From: a virus
IMG/VR virus record: IMGVR_UViG_3300019378_001956
DNA: 22,591 bases
Strand: one strand, 5' to 3'
In this document: positions 9,100 to 16,391 of the stretch, in pieces
How positions within the stretch are numbered: position 1 is the stretch's first letter
How the letters are laid out: every line of letters begins with the position of its first letter
The notes under the pieces: model-generated
The model's input: the letters and a program-made list of their open reading frames with translations, nothing else
Databases searched by the model: none
Told to the model about the DNA's origin: nothing
Made by a program: the position numbers and the translations under genes

Positions 9100-9651
9100 T
9101 TATTCGTTTGTGATAGATACATAAATTCCTGCTGAAGTTGTGCCTGCATCAGTATATAACGGGTAGATTGTACCGTTTGTTTGAGCATCACTTGTAATAT
9201 AGAATTTTTGACCTACAAATGATTCTTCAGGACTATTGGTTAATACTTCAACTTCAGTATAACCACCAGATACTACTCCAGTAGTTTTTACTGTTCCACT
9301 ACCCCATTCAGTTTCTCCTTGAGCATCACCATAACTAGTGAATGCATAATTTACTGTTTGTGGTGTAGGATTTGATTCTTCAAGTACAATGCTTAATGAA
9401 CTTGTTTCACTATTTACAGTTAAAGTACTTTCATAGTCAACATAACCAGATTTAGATGCTACAACTTCATATTGTCCTTCAGGAACATTGCTTATTGTGC
9501 ATCCTCCAGCACTACCTGTTTTTCCAGTGTACTCATTCTCACCATCAGATAATGTTACATCAACATTTCCTATTGGATCTGTTCCATCTGTAACACTTAC
9601 ACTAATGTTATGAGTAGTGGCAGGTGTTGGTGATGGAGGGATTAAGCTTCC
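9100..9651 (-). CDS. Start-codon-less 183-codon ORF: Pro-rich linker + Ig-like domain + second beta-rich domain; probable -1 frameshift extension of the major capsid protein (absent from ORF track)
   Basis: Manually translated GSLIPPSPTPATTHNISVSVTDGTDPIGNV...GIYVSITNE*; frame open 9696-9100 with no in-frame ATG/GTG/TTG; overlaps the MCP stop in the -1 frame; exactly fills the gap to the next gene's RBS. Confidence 0.85.
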   Translation of the reverse strand, partial: GSLIPPSPTPATTHNISVSVTDGTDPIGNVDVTLSDGENEYTGKTGSAGGCTISNVPEGQYEVVASKSGYVDYESTLTVNSETSSLSIVLEESNPTPQTVNYAFTSYGDAQGETEWGSGTVKTTGVVSGGYTEVEVLTNSPEESFVGQKFYITSDAQTNGTIYPLYTDAGTTSAGIYVSITNE

Positions 9652-10649
9652 TTTAACCAGGCTAAACCAATTGCATCTTCTTCTACAAATTGTACATCAG
9701 CATACATAGTAGAAGCAATATCCCATACATTAGCTCTTAAGTTAAAAGCAGATTCAACGATAATTCCTTCAGGGTCAGTTAACCATTGAATATTCTCTTT
9801 ATGAGTTAAAATTACTGGTTTTTTAGTGAAACCATTCATAGGATTACTGAAACTAGGAACTGCGAATAAATGCATATCTTCAATTACAGGTTCACCAGTA
9901 CTGGAAATATAAGCATTCATATCTAATTTATCATGATTCCATGCAATGTATCTGTAAGCAGCAGTAACAAGTTTGGATGGGGCAAACATTGCCAATCCCC
10001 CATCATTTTTATAAACATCAGGGAACTCATCCAAGAAATGATATATTTCTTGTATTGGATTGGAATCATCGGCAGTTAAATCAATTTCTTCATTGTTTAA
10101 ATCAGCATCAGATGATGCTTTTTTAAGAATACCATCAACAACTTTATAACCAGTAGAAACATCAGATTCAGAACTGGATTTATCTCCATAAACAAGAACT
10201 CTTTCTAATGCTCTACCATTTGCTTGAGCAAACATTTCAGTTAAAGTATTCATGAATTTTTGACCTTCAATACTGTCTTTCATTACAGTACGATGAACAC
10301 CAGTTAATGCACGGAGTTCTTCAGCATCAAAACTCCTGTCAGTGAAATTAGGTTCTTGAGAATCAGATAATACTTGAGGAGTACCTGAGATTCTACCTGC
10401 TTCTAATTCAACGTTAAAACGGATTTTATCTACTTGTCTTTTATGATTAGTTGAAGTAATTCTTTTAGTTTTTTCAAGAAATACTGCATTGTCTTCTAAG
10501 TGTCTTATGTAAGTGTCAGATTTTTCTGCTTGTAAAACACCATTATTTAATTTACCTTCACCTTGGCCGATATCAACAAATTTGATTACAAATTTTTCTC
10601 CAAGGTCTACTTTTTGTTTGATTTCATTTTCTACTATCTGAATTGACAT
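9642..10649 (-). CDS. Major capsid protein (HK97 fold, PBSX XkdG-like)
   Basis: 335 aa after protease/scaffold; GVLQAEKSDTYI, KDSIEGQKF and ALERVLVYGD motifs resemble XkdG-type capsid proteins; GGTGA RBS. Confidence 0.9.
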   Translation of the reverse strand: MSIQIVENEIKQKVDLGEKFVIKFVDIGQGEGKLNNGVLQAEKSDTYIRHLEDNAVFLEKTKRITSTNHKRQVDKIRFNVELEAGRISGTPQVLSDSQEPNFTDRSFDAEELRALTGVHRTVMKDSIEGQKFMNTLTEMFAQANGRALERVLVYGDKSSSESDVSTGYKVVDGILKKASSDADLNNEEIDLTADDSNPIQEIYHFLDEFPDVYKNDGGLAMFAPSKLVTAAYRYIAWNHDKLDMNAYISSTGEPVIEDMHLFAVPSFSNPMNGFTKKPVILTHKENIQWLTDPEGIIVESAFNLRANVWDIASTMYADVQFVEEDAIGLAWLKEA

Positions 10650-10686
10650 GAAAAATCACCACATAATAAAATTTATTCTATTTTTT

Positions 10687-11304
10687 TTACCAGGTCATAC
10701 CATTAGAGTTTCTACCAGATCTTGCATTGAAACTTTTATCTGGTTTGTTGCCTTTTACCAAATCTGGATCTACACTTTGAGATGATGGAGTGTAATTTCT
10801 AGGTAAGTATTTCACTACCACTTCATCTTCAATATTTAAAGTTCCATCATCGTTTAATGGTAATTCTACAGTTGTAGGTTCACCATCCTCATTACTTTCG
10901 TCACCTTCATCTCCTTCAGGATTTGGAGTTGGTTCCTGATCAGCCGGTTCCGGATTTTCTAACTTAGCTAACCTTTCATCAGTTTTAGCCTGATTTTCTT
11001 CTATACTATTTAATTTTTCTAAAATCTCTTTACTAACACTATCAGTTTCCCCAGGAGCAGGTTCACTTTTAGCAACTATTTTATCAAGTAAACGTTCCAT
11101 GAAACTACCACTGAGAGTTACATTATCATCAGTTGGTGTATTATTTTGGCTCATTTTATCAACCTCAGTATCAACATATTTTTTAATAAATTCATCATCA
11201 TTCTCATACACTTCAAAAGTAGCTAACGGATGATAAGGCTTATCAACAATACTAATGCTTGCAGGCGTCCAATCCTGTATATCACGAAAATGTAACCTAC
11301 TCAT
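10687..11304 (-). CDS. Scaffold protein with N-terminal protease-like strand motif
   Basis: 205 aa, highly acidic, coiled-coil (KEILEKLNSIEENQAKTDERLAKLE) and Pro/Glu/Asp low-complexity region; N-terminal SISIVDKP motif; GAGGT RBS and ATGA overlap. Confidence 0.7.
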   Translation of the reverse strand: MSRLHFRDIQDWTPASISIVDKPYHPLATFEVYENDDEFIKKYVDTEVDKMSQNNTPTDDNVTLSGSFMERLLDKIVAKSEPAPGETDSVSKEILEKLNSIEENQAKTDERLAKLENPEPADQEPTPNPEGDEGDESNEDGEPTTVELPLNDDGTLNIEDEVVVKYLPRNYTPSSQSVDPDLVKGNKPDKSFNARSGRNSNGMTW

Positions 11305-11648
11305 TGTATCAAACCTCTATCCATTTCATCGACACTTCTTGTTGGAGCAGCAGCAATACTAAAACCAGTGTACTTACCATCATGAATAGCTTGTTGGATT
11401 TCCTGGTCTAATACATCAATGCTTCCCATTAATGTTCCTTTAGGTAGGATGTTTCCTTGCCATTGCATGGTGTTATCAAGTACGTATAATTCAAGTATTT
11501 TACCCACATTTCTTAGTGTGTGTTGAACGTCTGCGAGTACTCCGTTTCTTGCGATGATTAATGCTGCTTTTCTTATTGTTTCTTCATCCAATACTTCACC
11601 TGCACGGTCGGGTATGCCTGGTATGAGTATTGGACCTTTAACAATCAT
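11301..11648 (-). CDS. Prohead (maturation) serine protease, XkdF/HK97-like
   Basis: 115 aa; VKGPILIPGIPDRAGE, DVQH (His), LPKGT and GKYTGFSI (Ser) motifs match XkdF-type proteases; GGTGA RBS. Confidence 0.85.
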   Translation of the reverse strand: MIVKGPILIPGIPDRAGEVLDEETIRKAALIIARNGVLADVQHTLRNVGKILELYVLDNTMQWQGNILPKGTLMGSIDVLDQEIQQAIHDGKYTGFSIAAAPTRSVDEMDRGLIQ

Positions 11649-11783
11649 AACTCAATCACCACTTCATTTTTTATGATTAAAAAAATAGCTTTAGTATTTA
11701 AAATATTTATGATAGTTAAAAAAATTTTTCTTAAGGGTTAAGGGTGAGAAGAAAATTCCGCTTTGCAGCTTTTTGTTTTCCCC

Positions 11784-11804
11784 TCAATAATATAAAGTGG
11801 AAAA
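11784..11804 (-). promoter_or_regulatory. Conserved promoter-like repeat, copy 1 (upstream of protease-capsid operon)
   Basis: TCAATAATATAAAGTGGAAAA identical to 19800-19820; contains TTTATATT on the minus strand (11796-11789). Confidence 0.6.
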
Positions 11805-12012
11805 TTAGAAAATAAAATTAAAAAACAATGCAAAAATTAACATAATTAATCATTAATAATAATTCATAGTATATAATCTTTTAGAGAGCATTTGAAGAGT
11901 AATATCAAAAAAACAAGGTACACATAAGTTATTTACCACAAAATATATAAAAACAAATTCATATAATAAAAAATAGGGGTTGAAAAAATAGTGCCTCAAA
12001 GAGAGTGTTGTA

Positions 12013-12043
12013 TCTTATTATCAAGTACCAGTTGATAATAAGA
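12013..12043. repeat. Perfect 12-bp inverted repeat with 7-nt loop
   Basis: TCTTATTATCAA-gtaccag-TTGATAATAAGA in the divergent intergenic region. Confidence 0.85.
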
Positions 12044-12230
12044 AAAACAACAGAGAACATAAACAGTATACTAGTATGAGTTTATGTACATATATTTAAA
12101 TACTCAAATATTTAAATGTTACCATTTAAACTTAATACTATTTTTATACTATTTATATCTTATTAAATCTTTGATAATACTTATTTTAAAACCTCTAACT
12201 TAAAATAAATTTAAAAAGAGGTGAAAAACC

Positions 12231-12434
12231 ATGATACCAGTAGTATCAAGTAATTTACGAGCAGTGGATTACAATCCATTAAATGGAACATTAACTATTG
12301 CATTCCGCAATGGGAGTGTGTATGAATATTACAATGTTCCACAATATATTTTTGAAGGATTGCTTTCTGCCCCATCAAAAGGCAGATACCACCACAGATA
12401 CATAAAATCTTATCCATACTGTAGGATAAATTAA
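12231..12434 (+). CDS. KTSC domain protein
   Basis: 67 aa; VVSSNLRAVDYNP...LTIAFRNGSVYEYYNVP..IFEGLLSAPSKGRYHHRYIK matches the KTSC consensus; GAGGTGA RBS at 12218-12224. Confidence 0.92.
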   Translation: MIPVVSSNLRAVDYNPLNGTLTIAFRNGSVYEYYNVPQYIFEGLLSAPSKGRYHHRYIKSYPYCRIN

Positions 12435-12451
12435 AACAAAAAAATGTAATT

Positions 12452-12483
12452 AGAAAAGCATTCTAAACTATGAATGTTTTTCT
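12452..12483. terminator. Candidate bidirectional terminator hairpin between convergent genes
   Basis: AGAAAAGCATTC-8 nt-GAATGTTTTTCT (12 bp, one G-U), flanked by T-rich runs on both strands. Confidence 0.55.
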
Positions 12484-12617
12484 TTTTCTATTTTATTTAA
12501 TAATTCTGAAAAATCTAATTCAAATAAATCTTTACCTTCATTATTGTCACAGGCATACAATCCACTGAGGCTTGTAAATTCATGTTCTATTTCTTTTAAT
12601 AAGTTATCAGAAATCAT
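12468..12617 (-). CDS. Small acidic protein, 49 aa (absent from ORF track)
   Basis: MISDNLLKEIEHEFTSLSGLYACDNNEGKDLFELDFSELLNKIEKEKHS*; AAGGAG RBS 6 nt before ATG. Confidence 0.6.
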   Translation of the reverse strand: MISDNLLKEIEHEFTSLSGLYACDNNEGKDLFELDFSELLNKIEKEKHS

Positions 12618-12693
12618 ATTTTTCTCCTTTTTTATTCAATACAATAAAAATTACTTTGTGTGATGGCATTTAAGAATAATCGCCTCAAAAAAA

Positions 12694-13059
12694 TTAAATA
12701 TGTAAGAGATTTCTTAAAAAACTTATTTTATAGTCTTCTACACCTTTAATAATCGGTTTGAATTGAGGATATTCTTCAAGAAAATTTAAAGTATATTGGA
12801 GTTCATATTCATGTGCTTCATTAAGTTTGTTTTCACGCACTAATCTACGAGGGATAATACTTTGTTCTTGATCTAACTCTTCAAACTCTGGATGATTAAA
12901 TGAAGCATACTTTCTAAGAATATTAATATTAGGAATAACTTCTTGGACAATATCCATTAATCCATTTGGAATACCTGAAGGTACATTGATAAATTCTTCC
13001 AATTGATCTTCAGACCAATTTCTTACAAAATCATAATTTGGAATCAAAACTTTACTCAA
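12694..13059 (-). CDS. Putative immunity/antitoxin protein for the MuF-ART toxin
   Basis: 121 aa, acidic, directly downstream of the ART domain; TTG start with GGAGGG RBS; own TATA box. Function is inferred from position only. Confidence 0.55.
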   Translation of the reverse strand: MSKVLIPNYDFVRNWSEDQLEEFINVPSGIPNGLMDIVQEVIPNINILRKYASFNHPEFEELDQEQSIIPRRLVRENKLNEAHEYELQYTLNFLEEYPQFKPIIKGVEDYKISFLRNLLHI

Positions 13060-13104
13060 TAATATCCCTCCATAATTTTATACTATTAGATATGTAATTT
13101 CTAC

Positions 13105-13112
13105 TATATAAA
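13105..13112 (-). promoter_or_regulatory. TATA box (TTTATATA) for the putative immunity gene
   Basis: Consensus archaeal TATA box located just after the MuF-ART stop and 45 nt upstream of the TTG start. Confidence 0.5.
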
Positions 13113-13116
13113 TCTA

Positions 13117-14760
13117 TTATAACAATTCCCAATGCGCAAGATATTCTGATTCCTCTTTAATAAGTTGTAAATCAATATTTTTATCCAACAAAACCTCATA
13201 TTCCCATCTTGTATATGTTACTCCTTCAATATATAATATTTTTGTTCCTTTAGAAATCACAATATAATTTACATAATCCCCATATTCTTCAGGTTTAACA
13301 TTTTCTGAAAGTGATGTTGATAAACAAGCATCAGAGTGATAGATTCCATCTTCAGCACGGTTAGACATAGGTTCTTTTTGTCTTCTAACAACGACCAAAT
13401 CTTCTTCTAAAACTTTGCCTTTTTCAAAAATATCATTTAATATTTTTAATGATTTATCAAAACTCATATAATATTGAGGGTGGTAAAATATTAGTTTTAA
13501 CCATTTAATAGAATATTCTTTCTTTATCTCATTTAATTTAGAATCGTCAATATTAGCTATTTTTCTTAAGTATTCATTCAATATGGAAAATCCCTTACCA
13601 GAATATAATTTAATAAATTTATATTCATCTTTTGTTAATTCATCCTTTGTGATACCATATTTTATTTCAAATGTAGTTCTAGCAGACTTAGTTTCTTCAA
13701 CACCATAAACTGTTTTATCACCTATTTTAACTGCTTTATTTTTATCTTTTTCAAAAGTTTCATGTAAATTATCAAGTTCAAATTTTGTGTAATCTATTTT
13801 TGAATTTTGTTTTTGGGGTTTAATTTTACTGGTTACTTTTTCACTGACGGATTTGATTTTTGATTTGACAGTTTTTACCGGTTTTTTAACAGAATTTGTA
13901 ACTTTATTAATCATATCATTATTATTTTTTGATTTATTTGATTTTTTGGATTTTCTAGTTTGAGTAGTACTTTTCTTACCTGAACCTCTAATGTCGGATG
14001 GGGGTCTGTTACTGTAGCTTAACCAGCATCGGCAATTGGCTACGTTTTCTGCTCCACCGTTTAAATCTCCAGGATACATCATCCTTGCAGGATAAGAACC
14101 ATAAATATCAAATGTTTCATCAATAGGGACAGATTCGATAAATTTAGCTTTATGCCAAACACGTGTACGTTTAGTACGGCCATTATTCCAAGATTTATAT
14201 TGGTATCCATCATAGATTGCTTTTATCCAGCTTAAGTTACATTCGTTAGTATGAAATGAGTCACGAATAATATTTTTTATTCTTTTTTGTGCATGTTCAC
14301 CATATTCGGATTTTAGCTTTTCTGTTAATTCAGCTTCAGAGAGATTACCTAAATTCTTAGTATTTATATAATCTTCAATTTTACCTTGTAAATTAGGTAT
14401 TTCTTCTCGAATACGATTACCTAGAATAAACTGATATCTATTTGATATGTTGGATACTGCTGCTTCAACTGCTTTTTCTGGAATTCCATAGCTAATACGT
14501 TTTGTATCATTTTTTAGGTTAGTGTCAATTATCTTCTCAACATTCCTGTTTACTGTTGATTTTTTTATTGGATCACTAGTTCCAGTTACAGCATCTTCAA
14601 TTACAGCATCGATTATTTTATCTTGAAAAGTAGCTGCTTGACTAGCTGCACGGTTAATATTTTTATACTTGTATTGCAAGTGTATATCATCTTTCAATAC
14701 AAGTACTTCATGTAATCTTTGTGCTTTTAAGGCATATTCTAGTATTTCTCTATTAGTCAT
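13117..14760 (-). CDS. MuF (SPP1 gp7-like) minor head protein fused to C-terminal VIP2-type ADP-ribosyltransferase
   Basis: MuF motifs (RVWH, VPIDETF, MMYPGD, ENVANCRC) to about aa 290; Lys-rich linker; ART motifs LYSGKGFSILNEYLRK, VVVR459, CLS481TS483 and E520-Y-E522-VLL. Confidence 0.88.
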   Translation of the reverse strand: MTNREILEYALKAQRLHEVLVLKDDIHLQYKYKNINRAASQAATFQDKIIDAVIEDAVTGTSDPIKKSTVNRNVEKIIDTNLKNDTKRISYGIPEKAVEAAVSNISNRYQFILGNRIREEIPNLQGKIEDYINTKNLGNLSEAELTEKLKSEYGEHAQKRIKNIIRDSFHTNECNLSWIKAIYDGYQYKSWNNGRTKRTRVWHKAKFIESVPIDETFDIYGSYPARMMYPGDLNGGAENVANCRCWLSYSNRPPSDIRGSGKKSTTQTRKSKKSNKSKNNNDMINKVTNSVKKPVKTVKSKIKSVSEKVTSKIKPQKQNSKIDYTKFELDNLHETFEKDKNKAVKIGDKTVYGVEETKSARTTFEIKYGITKDELTKDEYKFIKLYSGKGFSILNEYLRKIANIDDSKLNEIKKEYSIKWLKLIFYHPQYYMSFDKSLKILNDIFEKGKVLEEDLVVVRRQKEPMSNRAEDGIYHSDACLSTSLSENVKPEEYGDYVNYIVISKGTKILYIEGVTYTRWEYEVLLDKNIDLQLIKEESEYLAHWELL

Positions 14761-14773
14761 TTATCTATTGTCC

Positions 14774-16222
14774 TTATCTTAGTAAATCTTCATCCTCATC
14801 TTCATCGATTGGTTCTTCTAATGATGGTTCTATTGGATAATCCTCTTCCATACTACTAATGATTGTTTCTAATCTTTCATCAGTGTTCATTGCATCATTA
14901 CCGTAAAGAATATTGTCTAGGCTTTGGTTATTCATGAATCTTGCATTATAGTATTCATCTGTTTCTTCCATGTGTAGTTCAAATGATTCACCGAATCTGT
15001 TAATGAATTCTCCAAGAGTCATTGCACCATTTTGCAAGAGTTTAATCCCTCTTTCGAGCAGATTATCTTCCTCTTCAAAATTACATGGCAAGTATTCAAC
15101 TTTATGATTTTCAGTAGCGTACTCATGCTTGATTATAGTCTTATTTACTAAGTTTGCAATTCTTTTCTGCAAAATACCTACAGTTGACTTACTATAATTC
15201 TTAAGTAACATTTCAGTTCTATTGGAAGCAATACCTGTAGAATCACTATCACCTAATCTTTCACGTGGCACACGATGAATTCTTCTTATACGATCTCCAA
15301 TAGATTCTGATAATTCAAGGAAACTACCTTCTTTTTTCTCCTCACCAATTTTATGAACATTAATCTCTACAGGCTTATCTTCAGTTGTTGGCATTGTTAA
15401 TACTAAAGCAGTTCCTGGTTCATTAGTAACATCTTTGAATTCTTTTTCCAAGTCCGATTCAAAATCATCAGCAGTATAATCATCACTTTCTTCAAGATTA
15501 CCGGATATGGTTATGATATAATTGGGTACTCCATGAGTTCTGAAATGTGATAATTGATATTCAACAATTGCATTATCAGTCATTATTGCATCAACTTCTG
15601 AGAGATAGGATGGTTTACCATAAACTTTAGATTCGGAGGATTTGGTATTGAACCAGATAATCTCATTGGCCATTGTTTCAGGAGTAATATCTTCATTAAA
15701 GTTTCCTGTTTTTTTATTCAGGAAATCATTATTAGTTGGATCATATAATTTGAAATATGTGGTGACATTACTGATTTTGTTTACAACTCGTTTTTTGTCT
15801 TTGCACATTCTTAGGTATAGGCTGCTAATGTGGTTGATGATTTTGAAGTCTTTTCCTTCACGTAGTATTTCCAATCCAGCATAACCAAATGTTTCTAAAT
15901 CTTCTAAGAATGCTTCTGTTTCTTCATCGAAGTTGAAATCATATATGAAGTCTTCTAATTCTTGAGGTATTTCTACTCCTTCTTTGCTTATGATTTTTTT
16001 ACCGCTGAATATTGCATCTTCACATTTTGTTCTGATACATATATCATGTAATCCTGATACGTCTCTTAGTTTATCTAATCTGAATGGGTCGAATGGTGGG
16101 TCGATTACTTCATTTCCATATTGTAAATCATCTTTGCTTAGTTCTTGACTTTTTATTTCATATTCATTTAGTACACTTTTGATTACAGCTTGTTTTAAAA
16201 ATTGATTTGATATTACTTTCAT
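14774..16222 (-). CDS. Portal protein
   Basis: Follows TerL; KVYGKPSYLS, FRTHGVPNYIITISG and IRRIHRVPRERLG motifs of HK97/PBSX-type portals; start moved from 16285 to the ATG at 16222, which has a GGTGA RBS (482 aa). Confidence 0.92.
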   Translation of the reverse strand: MKVISNQFLKQAVIKSVLNEYEIKSQELSKDDLQYGNEVIDPPFDPFRLDKLRDVSGLHDICIRTKCEDAIFSGKKIISKEGVEIPQELEDFIYDFNFDEETEAFLEDLETFGYAGLEILREGKDFKIINHISSLYLRMCKDKKRVVNKISNVTTYFKLYDPTNNDFLNKKTGNFNEDITPETMANEIIWFNTKSSESKVYGKPSYLSEVDAIMTDNAIVEYQLSHFRTHGVPNYIITISGNLEESDDYTADDFESDLEKEFKDVTNEPGTALVLTMPTTEDKPVEINVHKIGEEKKEGSFLELSESIGDRIRRIHRVPRERLGDSDSTGIASNRTEMLLKNYSKSTVGILQKRIANLVNKTIIKHEYATENHKVEYLPCNFEEEDNLLERGIKLLQNGAMTLGEFINRFGESFELHMEETDEYYNARFMNNQSLDNILYGNDAMNTDERLETIISSMEEDYPIEPSLEEPIDEDEDEDLLR

Positions 16223-16391
16223 TATGTCACCTTCACTATATACTTTGACAAAATAGAAAAGAATTATTCGTTTACTTTTGAACAAACATATATTATTTCT
16301 ATATGAATATTGAACACGAAAATTAAAAACACGGGGTTTTATATTTTTGAGTTGAACAAATAAATTATAAATACCTAAAAATATTAAACAA

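Noticed and set aside
11301-11320. -1 frameshift fusing protease and scaffold (A GGT TTG)
   Set aside because: Poor P-site re-pairing; the same bases form a good GAGGT RBS with ATGA coupling, favouring independent initiation (not fully excluded).
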